From contig MCFG01000203.1 of the NCBI GenBank assembly GCA_002104895.1, positions 62,001-122,620 on the forward strand: a DNA stretch of 60,620 bases, given 5' to 3'. Source of the DNA: Anaeromyces robustus (Eukaryota). Position 1 is the stretch's first letter, and each line of letters opens with the position of its first letter. Under the pieces are notes generated by a model. That model was not told where the DNA came from. It made no database searches and saw only the letters and a program-made list of their open reading frames with translations. The translations under genes were made by a program, and so were the position numbers. Shown one piece after another: positions 11,329 through 34,111 of this stretch.

Positions 11329-12728
11329 TTACATTGGACCAACATTTCTTGTAACTTGATTATAAACATTATTAACATTATCCATTGAATATTTATATGG
11401 TACACTATAAAGACTACCAACTCTTGTAATGGAATTACTTCCATAATTATTACCAAAATCATTATTACGTTCAACAGCATAACCTTCTTCTACGGATTCA
11501 TAATTGGTAACAATTGGATGATTAGCATTACGGAAAACATTACCTTCAACTAATACTTGAGCACCCATACGTGAATTAACACAGGAATATTCAATATTTT
11601 CATAAACATTATTATATATATGTCCTGTACCAAAACGTAAAGATGGTAAACGTGATACAATATTTTTAAAGTAATTATGATGATAAGTAATATGTAATTT
11701 ACCAGAATCACCACTACCATTACTATCACTATGTCCAACTAAAGTTGCTTTAGAATGATGATGAAGATAAGTCCATGATACAGTAATAAAATCACTAGAA
11801 TAGGTAAAATCAACTAAACCATCATAATAATCTTTACCATGATCAAGATCATTATAAAATTCACAATGATCTACCCAAATATTTGTAGATCTTCTAAAAC
11901 CAAGACAATCTTTACTTGAACCTAAACAATAACTAAATTTAATATTTTGTATAATAATATTACTAGCACTTTTAATGAAGAAACCTCCACCTGTAAATCC
12001 AGAATTATTATCTATACCAATAATAGAGAAATTGGATTTTTTATTTATACTAATATCTTTTGAAAGTTTTATAATACCTTTTACCCCAATAATAATTGGA
12101 TCTGATGATTTAAGAGCTGAATTTAATTCAGATTGATTGGATACAATGACTACTTTACCTCCTTTACCACCTGTTGTACCACCATTTAATGAAGCATAAC
12201 CAACTGGTTCTTTAGGTAAATTAGAATTAAATTGTGGTTGTGGTGATGGTGTTGGTTGTATAGTAGTAGTGGTTGTAGTGTTGTAGTAGTAGTAGTAGTT
12301 GTTGTAGTAGTAGTGGTTGTAGTAGTTGTAATTATTGTTTTAGTAGTTGATTGTGGTTGTGGTTCATTTGACAAAATACACATGGAATAATATGAATTAT
12401 ATTCTTTACATATATAACCGGGTTTACAACATGTTGAACCTTTCCAGTTATTACTATTTAATAATAATTTTTAAAATAAAAAAAATATAAAAGAAGTATT
12501 TAAATAAAAATATAAAATAAAAAAAGTGTGATTAATAAATATTTCTATTTTTCTTTTCTTTTCTTTTCTTTTATTTATTTTATTTTATTTAGTAGTTATT
12601 CTTTTAATCATTGAAATGAAATAATAATATATTTACCCTCCACATTGGAAAAATGCTGAATTTGCACATTCTTCAGTAAATACATATGCAATATTTAATA
12701 ATACAATTATAAAGAATAGTGTTTTCAT
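11329..12728 (-). CDS. Secreted CBM1-linker-PL1 pectate lyase; 2 exons (12728-12637, 12453-11329) with a 1-nt frameshift in the Thr linker near 12280
   Basis: Signal peptide MKTLFFIIVLLNIAYVFT, then CBM1 (CANSAFFQCG/GNNWKGSTCCKPGYICKEYNSYYSMC), a poly-Thr/Pro linker, and a PL1 domain (GYASLNGGTTGGKGG, NIIIQNI, IWVDHCEF, YYDGLVD, RLPSLRFG, NSRMGAQVLVEGN). GT..AG intron 12636-12454. Confidence 0.88.
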
Positions 12729-13655
12729 TTTGACTTGAATGATATATGTAGTTTAAAAGAATATGAAATATATATTTTATATATAATATTTTATTCTTTT
12801 TTTTTTTTTTTTTATTAAAATAATCAATGAATCATTGACATTTTTATATGATTTTTTGTTTTTTATATTTTTTGTATCTATATATGATATAATTATTATA
12901 TAATTTGTAACAATGATAACAATACAAAAAATTGGTATGACAAAAAATAAAGTTTAATAAAATATAAATTAATTTATAATCATTTTTAATGTTTATATCA
13001 ACGAGGAAAATAATAATTAAGTGGAAATTTATTTATTAAATTATATTTATTATTAAATTAAAAAAAAGAAAAAAAAGAGGAATATAATTTTAAAGGGTTT
13101 TTTTTTAATTATCATTTTATTAAAAATTTTCAAAATTTTAATATTATATTACATTGATAATAGTATTAAAGTTATTTTATATGTATTTTATATTTATATA
13201 ATAAATTCATTATTATTAGATAATATTTAATATATAATATATAATATTTAATATTTAATATATAATTTCATAATTCTTTTCTTTTTAATTATTAAATTAT
13301 TTTATTTATTTATTTATTTATTTATTATTGTTATTATATTCCTTATTTAATTATTTTTAGTTAATTAAAGTTACAATTTAATATAAATGATAGGTTTAAT
13401 CAATATAAAAAAGCATGATGTAAAAATTTAAAATTTAAGAAAAAAAAAAAAGTAAAATAAAATAAAATAAAATATATAATAAAAATAAAATAAACTCATT
13501 AATGATAAAAATTGATATTGTATATCATTTAAGATTTTCACAAAATGACAAATTGATTTTTTTAATATACATCAACTATTTTAATTTAATTTAACCAAAC
13601 TTTAATTAATAATTAAAAATAAAATAATAAATAATTAAAAATAAAAATAAAATTA

Positions 13656-13718
<63 letters not shown>

Positions 13719-13719
13719 G

Positions 13720-13777
<58 letters not shown>
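13656..13777. repeat. (AAAT)n microsatellite
   Basis: Direct tandem tetranucleotide repeat. Confidence 0.95.
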
Positions 13778-13781
<4 letters not shown>

Positions 13782-15385
13782 TTTATTTATAATCTTTTTT
13801 TTTTTTGTTTTTGTTAATATTAATTATGAATATAAATGTTTAATTTAATATAATTCTATTATATACACATAATATATTTAGAAAATATAATTGTATACAA
13901 CACTTTTATTGTTTAACCAAGTTTTTTTTTTTTAATATTATGGAAAGATTATTATTAATATAAAATTAAAATAATAAATACAATTATTTTGTATATAAAA
14001 TACTATTTATTTAGTTATTTATTTATTATATTTATAATATTTATTTAATATATAAGAATAATTAAATAAAAAGAAACTATTTCATTTGATATAATAATAA
14101 ACAAGTTTGTGATTATTGGTTTGTTTTATTATTATTATTACTATTATTACTATTATTAATATTATATTATATCATAGGTTATTTATTATTAAATAATGAA
14201 AGAATTAATATAAAATTTTTTAAATATAATTTAATTGCTCTTTTATTTTTTTTTTCCTTCATATTATTATTATTGTGTCTTTAATTATATTATTATTACT
14301 TTTTATATGCAATAATTGTTAAATTCTTTATTCTTTAATTATTCTATAATATAATGATTATTTTTTAATTTTGACTTTAAATATAAAAATATATATATCA
14401 ATCGATTATTAATATTACACAGACTATAATAAATTATCTAAAAAAAAATAATTTATTAATCTACTATACATATATTTCAGAATTAATATTATTAAAAGGA
14501 ATGATAATACATTTGGATTATATATATATATGTTTTTCACTTATTTTGAAAAATAAAGAAACTTTACATAATCATTATATTTAATATATATATATATTTA
14601 TAATTTATATATAAAGAAGTAAATTTTTTTTTTTTTGATTAACATATTTACATTATACATAATTATATTTATTATTTAATTTTTTATTATTATTACTATT
14701 ATACTATTATTATATTAATTATTAACTTTACTTATAATTATTTATTTATTATTAATAAATAATATTAAATAAATAATCATTATTATAAAATAATATTATT
14801 AAATAAATAATCATTATTATTACTATAATTCTTTTTCTCATGGCTTTTTTTGTCTTTATATATATATAAAAGTTAATATATTAAATATTAACCTTTTTTA
14901 TTTTTAAATTATATATATTATATAATAACCGGATAAATATTAAATATTTTTATTATTAAATACTTTTTTAGATTATTTTTATTAATTTTATTCTTATTGG
15001 ATAATTATTATAAATAATTAAATATCTCAATAAATGATACAAACATCTCTTATTTTGGGATAAAGTCTTAATTGGGAAAATGTAAAAATTCATTATAATG
15101 AAAAATATTTTGATAAATAATTTAAAATAAAAAATAAAAAAAAAAAAATAAAAAAAATTAATAGTTTGATCAATTTATTAAAAAAGAAAAAAAGAAAAAC
15201 TAATAGTTAGATCAATATTTATTAAAAAAAAAAAAAAAAAAAAAAGACTAATTATTTTCATATTATTATAAAAATTTTCATTATAATTGTTTTATATTTA
15301 TATATATTCAAATTAAATAGAAAAAAAAATAAAAAAACAAAAATAATATAATATAATAATTAAATAAAAAAGAAGATAATACAAG

Positions 15386-16315
15386 ATGGCAGATTCATGT
15401 ATACAAGAAATAATAAATGTTCCTATAATTGATAATACTCATTCATTATTATATCATCTTTGTTCTAATTCACTTGGAGGTATTATAAATTTTATGATGA
15501 GAGTTTCTAAACCTTCTGATCTTGTAAATACTCAAGATGATGATGGTAATACACCTTTACATTTATTATGTAGTAGAATTGATGATTCAAAAATGGAAAA
15601 TGTAAATTGTTTTAAATATATTAATGATTGGAGTTCATTTTTTTCATGCTTTACTTCTCAACCTTCATTAGAAACTTTTATTTTAGTATTTAATTATTTA
15701 TCAGGTTTTGCAGATTTTTCAATAAAAAATAATGAAGGAAAAACTATAGATGAAACCACAGATAATACTTTAATTCATAATATGTATTATAATATAATGA
15801 ATAATTCACCAGAAACTACTAATACTAGTAGTACTGTTCACCAAAAAGTTTTATTAAGAAATAGTACTAATATTAAAGATATTCCTAATAAAGAAAATTG
15901 GAGTGTTTTATTTAGTTTAAAAGATTCTAATAATAAAAATAGAATATTATTACATCATCTTTGTTCTGGAGATCGTTTAAGTGCTATTAAATTATTAATA
16001 GAAAATGGAGCAAAAACTAATGGTGAAAAAGGAAATTTTTCTTCTCTTAATGGATTATTTACATTAATGGATAAAAGTTTAGATGAATATTCATCTGTAA
16101 AAATTTATGTTCCATCAGGTTTTAGACATGCTGATAATATTATATTAGATGACTTAAAAAAGAATTCAAAATTATCATATAATGAAAGAAAACTTCTTGA
16201 AGAGACAGAAGAAATTGCTTTATATTTAGCAGATAATGGAGCAACTTCATTTGCTCTTGAAACATTTTATTGTATTTCAGATATTTTATATAGAATATAT
16301 AAAAAGAAAAATTAA
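15386..16315 (+). CDS. Ankyrin-repeat-like protein, 309 aa, intronless
   Basis: VNTQDDDGNTPLHLLC, ADFSIKNNEGKT and LLHHLC...AIKLLIENGA are ankyrin consensus segments. Confidence 0.8.
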   Translation: MADSCIQEIINVPIIDNTHSLLYHLCSNSLGGIINFMMRVSKPSDLVNTQDDDGNTPLHLLCSRIDDSKMENVNCFKYINDWSSFFSCFTSQPSLETFILVFNYLSGFADFSIKNNEGKTIDETTDNTLIHNMYYNIMNNSPETTNTSSTVHQKVLLRNSTNIKDIPNKENWSVLFSLKDSNNKNRILLHHLCSGDRLSAIKLLIENGAKTNGEKGNFSSLNGLFTLMDKSLDEYSSVKIYVPSGFRHADNIILDDLKKNSKLSYNERKLLEETEEIALYLADNGATSFALETFYCISDILYRIYKKKN

Positions 16316-16504
16316 AAAATAAAATATATATATTATATTTTTAATCAATTAAACTTTATTTATTTAATATGATTAAATATAATGGAAATAGGCAAACAAA
16401 TAAGCAAAATTAAATAGACAAAACAAATAAATAAATAAGTAAATGAAAAATATCAAAAAAATTTTTTATGAAAAAATTCAATGTTTTATTTTCTTTTCTT
16501 TCTT

Positions 16505-16535
<31 letters not shown>

Positions 16536-17016
16536 CAATTAAAATAATATAAAAAAAATTATTGTTATTGATAAAAATAATAATATATTAAATAATAAAA
16601 AAAATATTATTAGTATTGTTAAAAAATAAGAATAGTATATAATACAGAAAAACAAAATGTAATACTTTATAAAATTACACTTTTCAATTATTTTTATTAA
16701 TATAATTTTTTTTTTAAAAGAAAATAGTTAAATAATATAAATAAATAATAAAAATAAAAAATAAAAAATGTAATTTTTAATATTAATGAATTATTTACAT
16801 TACCTTTTTAGGAAAATTATATATATTTTAAATTTTTTATATATAAATGTCTACCATAAAAATATTAAACCTAAACACAATAAAAAAGATATATAAAAGT
16901 ATATATAAAAATTGGAATTTTTTTTTTTTTAGGTTAAATTTTATTTTTGAATATAAGTTTAGGAATTCATTTTAATAAAAAAAATTATGTAATAAATTTT
17001 TTTTATTTCATTTTCA

Positions 17017-17311
17017 TTATTTCAGCAATAGTACATCATCAACTTTATTAAAAAGACTAGTAATTAAAGAATCTTTCATAGTTAAAAAAGATTCAATATC
17101 TTGGAACATATAGTCAACTGGAATATTTAAGTTATTTAAGAATGAATGAATAAACATTTTCCCTTGATGAATAGATTTCATTTTCAGTAGTAGTAGAAAT
17201 AGAGATAAGATTTAATTTATTTTCATCTTCATTATAATTAATAGTTTTACCGAAAACACAAGATAATAAAGAAGAAGGAAAAATAACTAAAATGAAAGTT
17301 AATGATTTCAT
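17017..17311 (-). pseudogene. Possible degraded gene for a small secreted protein
   Basis: Signal-peptide-like start MKSLTFILVIFPSSLLSCVFGK...; coding-like sequence continues in another frame (FIHSFLNNLNIPVDYMFQDIESFLTMK...). No family recognised. Confidence 0.3.
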
Positions 17312-20300
17312 TTTCTTTTTTTTTTTATGTTTTATTTTAACTTTTAAATTAGATGAATAGTAAGAGATGTTTTAATAAAAAATTTAATTATTAATTTTTA
17401 TTGTTTTATTTTATTTTAATTATTATATTTATTTGTTTGTTTATTTAAAAATCTTTACAATTTTGTAACTCTCAATAAAAAAGCTGGAAATTTTTATTGA
17501 CAACTATTTATTTTTTTTTCTTTTGAATTGAATCAATATTTTAACAAAAATTTCTTTCTTCTTTTTATTTAGCATTAATAAATTTGTTATAAATATTTTT
17601 AAATAACACATTAATAAATTTAATAATACATTTATTTACAAAAAAAAAATATTTAAACTATTTCATGGAATTTCTATAGAAAGTCTAGTAAAAATACTTT
17701 AAATCTTTTTAATTTCAATTAATTCATTTAATTATAATTTATAACATTATTATAAAATTTTTTAACAATTTTATAAAATTAAAATAATATATTTTAATAC
17801 ATTTAGTACTTTATAATATTTATAATTCTTAATAGAATTTTTAAAATTAGTTATAAGCAGAATTATTTACCATATTACTTTATTATTTTAAAGTTTTTAC
17901 ATAGTTAACATTTTTTCAAATAAAATATTAACTATTATTTATTTATTATACTTGTTATGTTTTATAATATCTTATTAGATTTTTTTATAATATATTATAT
18001 TTTATTGCATTTTATTAAATTTTGTTATATAGTGTTATATTTTATTATAATTTATTATATTTTTTTATATTTTATGTTCATATTTTAAGGTTTACAATTC
18101 ATTTATTTTTATGTTATATTTCATTATATATATATATATATTACATTTTAAGTATTACAATTTATTTATTTTTATATTAATCATTAATAAATATAATTCA
18201 ATTTTTTAAATTATTTTACCAAGCCAAAAGTAAAAACCAAGGTCAGAACTTGCTCTGCAAAAATATTTTGACATTTTAAATTCATTGTAATTATAATAGA
18301 TATTTTTATTTTTATTTATATTATTTTTTTTACTAATCTAACACTATTTATTTACAATAACATATGTAGTTTGAAATTATTCATTTTTATGATATAACTA
18401 ACCTTCTTATACTTAATTGTAATATTTATACATAACTATCCTTTATCATATCTAGAACAAAAGACTTAAATAATAAATATTTTACAATATTTGACAAAAT
18501 TTTAAATAAAGAATTAAAACATAAAGTAAATGTATATATATACTACCATATATACTATTTTTTTATATGTAATTATTTATTTTATAATAAATTCTACTTA
18601 TTTCTTTTTTTATATTCATTTAGTATAATATATAAATTAAAATAAAAAATAAAATAGTATAAATGATAACATTTTATTTTTTTAATGTTATATTTTTTAA
18701 TATTATATTTTTTTTTATATTTTATTTTATATATTATATTTATTTTATTTGCATTTTAATTTCTATATTATATTTGTTTTATTTTATATGTAATTAGATG
18801 ATTTCATATGTTTGATTTTGTATTATGTATAATTTATAATTTTATATGAATAGTTTTACACATTTATTAATCTAACCCTGATATTATATTTAAAAATTTC
18901 ATATTATTAAATGTAATATAAATAATATATTATCTCTATAATAAATAATATATTAAAATAATATAAATGTAAATAATTAATTAGAATAAATGGATAATCC
19001 ACATCATATTAATATAAAATTAACATATATGGTAAAATAATTTTTTACATTAATTTTATTAATATAATATATTTTGCTATTTATTAATATGTTAATATAA
19101 AAATATATATTGTAATTGAAATGACTATAATATAAAAATATATAAATATTATATCTTTTGACTATTATTATTAATATATTTACTTATTATAATATTTTTA
19201 TTACATATGAAGATATGAAGATCACACTTAATTATTACTATTTGTAAATTTTTATATAGATAGTTTAAGAAAAATTATTTTGTGTTAAGTAATTAAAAAT
19301 ATTATTTAAAAATGTAGTCTTTTTTCTTAAAAACTTTATATAAAATATAAGAATTTTTATAAATAAATACTGAAATTGAAATGTTATACTAATTATATTT
19401 TTAATACATTATTATATTAGTAAGTAAATAATTACTTTATATTTAAATAAATGAATAAATAATTTTAATAGACCATTTATTTATTTATATTTTTATTTAG
19501 TTTTTTTATAATTATTGATAAAAAATATTAACTATTATTAATAAAATATATAAATATTAAAATAATTCTATAGTTTCAAGAAGTCATAATTTCAAGTTAA
19601 TTTTACTAGAAATAAATCATTATTTTTTTATTAATATGGTATAGCTAATAATTATAATAATAATAGTATTGTATACGAAATGAATTAATTAAAAATATAT
19701 ATTAATAGATCTTTTTTTTTAATAGATGTATTGAATGCAACTTAATGCATTAAGATACATATAAATTTATACTTTATTTTTTTATTAAAAATATAGATAA
19801 AAAATTTTTTTTCTAAAATAATATATATATATTTATGATTAACTATAGAATAATATAGTATAATTATATATTTTATAATTTCTTTTTAATAAAAAGGTAA
19901 AGATTCAAACTATCAAAACTCTGTATAGAGGATAGAGTCAAGATAAAAATAATTCCTTTAACAAATTATAATGAATATAATAAATATAATATTCCATTTT
20001 TTTAATATAATAAATATTAAATTAAATTTATATATATAATATAATCCGTAAAGTTTAACAAATAATAACACCTTATTATCTATGGTTTATTGACTATTCA
20101 TTTATATATAATTTTAAGTCAAAAAGGAAAAAAAAAAGTTTAATTATAAAATATTAGAAATTTTTTTTTTATATACTTTTATAAATTATTTATTTACACA
20201 ATTTAATTAAAAAAAATAATATACTATTTGTGACTGATCATTTTTTTTTAAAAGGCTAATATTTTATTGCATTATTACTGTATAAATATTAAATGTTTAT

Positions 20301-22446
20301 ATTAACACTAAAAAGAATGGTGAATAAAATGAAATCTTGTAATAGTTATATCTATTTTTTTTTTTTTTATTTTATAAATGATAATTTAAATATTTTTGAC
20401 TTTTATAATAAATTAAAAAATGGTAAGATTTATATTGAATAATAATATATTATATTAAAATAGTTAAAAATAGCTTTTTTTATTTATCTGAAATATTTAT
20501 ACTATTTTAATTTTTTTATTATGTTTCAGCCAATAAGATTTGAGTATTACTATAGGAAAATCCATAATTTGAATTTTTGTTTTTACTTTATATATCTAAA
20601 AAAAAACTTATATTATCAATTATTCTGTAATATATTAGATTATATTACAATATATTATACACAAGTAATTAATAATTATGTTTATAAAAGGAAATTATTA
20701 AATTAATTAAAATTTTTATAAATATGGTATAAATATTAATTAATTAATTAAAATATTTATATTTAAATATTTTTTATATAAAGAAAAAACATTAAAAATT
20801 TTTTTTGAAATCCTGTATATATATATATTATTTTTATTATATTATTATAAGTTCTTTAGTTCTTTAGTTCATTATATTTTATAATTTAAGATAATAATAA
20901 TTATTATTTTATTTTTTTTTATTCTATTTATTTACAAGCTATATGAATTTTGACTATCAATCTAAATATTAATTATTATTTATTTATTATCAAAATAAAT
21001 ATAATAAATATTTTTTAATTTAATTATTTTATTTTTTTTTTAAGATTATATTAAATATATTTGTAATATATTGTTAATGTTTATTTTATATAAATATTTA
21101 TTTGATATTTCATTTGATATATATAACAAAAAATAATAATCATTATTATATAATATTATTTGTAATATGATTTTTTTTTTCTTTATCATAATGATTTTTT
21201 AATAACTCTAGTTTTTATGTATTTATAATATTAATAAATAATAATTATATTTATTATTGTATTACTATATTTATAATAATCATTATTTATATTAAAAAAA
21301 GTTATTTAATATAAAATAATAGTGATATATTGATAGTTTTTTTATTTTTACTTTTTTTAATCCCAGTTTTTGAATAGAAATAAAATAAAATAAAATAAAA
21401 AAACGGATGATGAAGTTGACGGCTATTAAATGAATTCTAATTATATTATTTATAGTTTTTATTAAAATTTTTATTATTAATAACGAAATATCATTTTATA
21501 ATAATTATTGAATAATTTAAAATATTTTATATAATATTAATTTTTTTTTTGTTTATTAATTAAAATTAATAATTTTTTTTTTTAAAAATTTAAATATATA
21601 ATAAATTGTAAAATAAAATAAATAAATAAATAAAATTTTTTTTAAAAAAAGATTTTTTAAAAAGATTTTTTTCTTTTCTTTTTTTTTTTCTTCTTCTTAA
21701 AATAAAAAAATATAATATATATAATTTTTGTTAAAATAATCTTTTAAAGATTTTATTTATAAATAAATTTCTTTTTTTTCTTTTATTATTTTATATTTGT
21801 ACAATTTTGATAAATCTTATACTCATTATCTTATTCAATAGTAATTTATATTTAAATTACTAATTTTTATATTATTTTTAAATTTATATTATAAATGAAA
21901 TTTTATTAAATTAAAATTAAAAAATAAAACTATTATTATACAAAAAAAAAATAAAAAGGAAAAGCTTAAGCGATATATTTAATAGAATAAAGGAAAAAAA
22001 GAAATAATAATACATTAAAAATATATTATATTAAAACCGGGGAAAATAAATAAGAATAATTCAAACTTTTTAAAAAAAATAAAATAAAATAAAAAAAACT
22101 AAGTGTTAAAAAATATTTTATAAAATATATTTTTAAACACTCTATTTTTATTATTTTATTTTGTCAATTAAAAGAAATTGAAAAACAATTAATAAAAATA
22201 TATTATATGATATAATAAATAATTTCATTTTTACTATAAATATAATTGAAATTATTTATTATATTGTAATTTAAAATTTAAGAAAGTAGAAAAATTAAGA
22301 AAACGACATTTAAATTTCATTTTATTAACCATAAAAATATTATTAATATTATTTATAAAAAAAACCCATATATATATATACAAACGTTAATTAGAAAAGA
22401 ATATATATATATATAAAAAAACATTTTGTATAAATATTATTCAACA

Positions 22447-23944
22447 ATGACTTCAATATTAGGAAATCAAGATAACAGTAGTACCGAATGTATTACTGAT
22501 TATAGTCAAGAATTTAAAATAGAAATGGAAAATAGTATTTGCAATTATTTTTCGAAATGCAATTTAGAAGAAGATAAACAGTAAGAATTTTTTTTTTTTT
22601 TTTTTTAAATTATAATTATTATATTACAAAATTTCTATATTATATTTTATAATATAAATTCATTTTATAATAATAAATTATTTCAATAAAAAAAAATAAG
22701 GATATACAAGTTTAAAATAAAAAAAATAATATTAGATATTAGTTAATATGAGATAAAATAAAGAGAAAAAAAATTTTTTTCCCTTTTTTTTAAAAAAAAA
22801 TTTTTTAATAGCACAAAATATATTAAATAATATATGATTTAAGTTGAAATAAATTAAATCAAATAATCCTATTTGAAATGATAAATATTTAATTATTTAT
22901 AATTATTTTTTAAAAAAAATTTTTTTTTATGTTGTAAATAAAAAAATAAAAAAGGAAAAAAAAATTTTTTTAATTATTATTTTTTTAAATCCTTAAAATA
23001 TAAATATAATTACTAATATATTTATTTTCATATAATTATTTATATAAGCGATACCAATCGTTCAGAAACTTTAATAGATAATAATGAAATAGAATATATT
23101 TCTCCCGCTCCTTCCTTAAAAGGTATTTCAGACTTTATGATAAACCAAATTTTTTCAACAGATGAAATAATACCTATAGAATATCCATCGGATGATGAAG
23201 ATACAAAGATTAAAAATGTAAATGAAGAAGTAAAAAATGATAATAATAAAAGTTCAGATACTAATAAAATGAGTTCATGTAATTCTGATGTTACTTTAAA
23301 TGTTAATGATGTAAATGTTACTGATAGTGAAAATATAAATATTACTGATGTAAATGTTACTGATAATGAAAATATAAGTAAATCTTTTGCTGCTGAATTT
23401 ATTGATTTACTTGATATTAATATGAGAGAAGTAAGTTTAATACTAATAATAATAATTAATAATAATATGATAATAGTTAAAAAAATAATTATATATAATA
23501 TATATAATTTTAAACCATATATATATTAAATTTAAAATTTTAATTATATATTTCTTTTTTAATTTATATAAATAGTTAAATTCCAAAAAGGATGATTTTC
23601 ATGTTATTGGATTAAAAAAGGTTGATGAAGAAAAAGAAAATAATGAATCCAATAGTCCAACTTCAATAAATTTTAAAGATGATACTTTAGATAAAAAACA
23701 AAAAAAGAATAAACGTTCAAAACATATTTCAATATTCACATTAAATAGAAAATCTAGTAATTCACAACTTTCTCGTTCTAAATCTACAAATATTAAATCT
23801 TCATCAAATAAATGTAAAAATACTTCATCAGAAATTATAGATGGTAGTAATGATAATGGAAATAAGCTTAAAAAATCTAAATCCAAATTAGGTTTATCAA
23901 AAATTTTTAAAAATGTTAAGAAGAGAATGTCACATCAATACTAA
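22447..23944 (+). CDS. Hypothetical protein, 294 aa, 3 exons (22447-22580, 23049-23430, 23576-23944); acidic N-half, Lys/Ser-rich C-half
   Basis: gtaaga/gtaagt donors and AG acceptors join three coding-like segments in frame, from MTSILGNQD to KRMSHQY*. Confidence 0.75.
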
Positions 23945-24118
23945 GGAGAAAAAAGAAAAACAAAAAACAAAAAATAGTGAATAAGAAAAGAAAAAATTAA
24001 TACTAATAATAATAATTATAATAATATGATAATAGTTAAAAAAATAATTATAATTATCCATCATTCATAACTATTATAAATGATATTAATAATATTAATG
24101 ATATAAATAGTAATATTA

Positions 24119-24239
<121 letters not shown>

Positions 24240-25997
24240 GAAGATTGAATTAATCAATTTCCATTTATTCTTTCGTTTAATATTTAAAATCAATATTTTC
24301 ATTTTTTTTAATTTACATTATATTTATTTTTTCTTTTACCTTCAATATAAAATTTTATTTAATTATTCTAATTTATAAAATATTACACATAAAAAACCAT
24401 TTATAGATTAAATATTCAATACTCAATAATCAAATAGTCATATAACCAAATAAATAATCAATTAATCAAAAATTACCATTACTTTATTATTATTATCATT
24501 TTCTCCCTTTTCTTAATACATATAAATATCATAATATCAATCTTTTTTATTATTTTATTATTCAATTTTTTAACAAATGTATTAATATATATATTTATAT
24601 ATTATGACATCAAATAAATATAATGAATTTATAATATTAATAAAATATTTATTCTTTTAAACCATTTATACTAATTACAATAAATAATATTATAGACTTT
24701 TAACAATATATAGGAATTATAATTAAATGATTAATCTTTTTATTAAATATTAACAATATATATATATATGTACTTTTTTCATTAATAACAAATAATAATA
24801 ACATCATAAAATTTAATTATACATTAATGATATTCATTAATATTATTTTTTTTTTAAAAAAAGAAAAAAGAAAAGAATAAAAAACCTCTCATTTTCATAT
24901 ATAATATATCAACTTTTTTTTTTCTTTATTTGTTATTCTTATTTATTTTTTACATATATGAATTAGTAAAAACGTAAATAAAGAATAAAATAAGAAAGAA
25001 AAAAAAAAAAAAAAGAAATAATATATATGGTTTATTATGAGGTAAAATCAAAGAAATAAAAATAAAATAAAATAAAATAAAATAAAATAAATAAATAAAT
25101 ATCAAATTAATCCATTATTTTATAAAAAGAAATTAATTAATTTCCCGGTTTTTTATATATTTGAAAAATAAGAAAGTAAATCATATTAGAAATAGAAAAA
25201 TGAAAAACAAACAAACAAACAAAAAAAAAAAAAAAAACAGTAAAGATAAACAAATCAAAATTAAAGAAAAGAAAACAAAGAAATATAGATAAATATAAAT
25301 ATTATATATATATGTATATTATTTTTCTCATATATTATTATAAAAAAATAATATTTGAAGAGAAAATTAATATAGTAATTATGATAATATATATATAATA
25401 TTGTCTTTTTTTTTTTTTATTAATTACTTCTTTTTGAAAGAGAATAATTAAAAAAAAAAAATTACAATTCTTAATAGTATAAAGAATAATAAATATATAT
25501 ATCAATATATATTATTATTTAAAAATATATTATTATTAAAAAAAAAAAAAAAGTAAAAGAATTAATTGTATATCATTATATAATTTATTATTTAAAAAAA
25601 AACAAAAAAACAAAAAAAAAAAATACTATATATTTTTTATCATTATTTAACTTATTAAATAAATAATTAATAAATATTTTTTTAAAAAATAATATATAAT
25701 TATTTTATATTGTATATTTAAATTTTTATTTTATTATTTTAGTAATTGTAAAACTTTATTTAGGTATATTATTTAAATGATAGTATTATTAACTTTAATA
25801 ATACATACATATTATATATATATTATTTTATTTCATTTTATTTTTATTTTTATTTATTAATATAAGTATTATTATTAGGAAATGTATATAATTGATATGG
25901 TATATAAATATTATATATAAATAAATAATTATGCTTTTTTTTTTTTTTTTTTTTTCTAAAAAGAAAAAGATAAAAAAAAAAAATAATAATAAATAAA

Positions 25998-34111
<8,114 letters not shown>

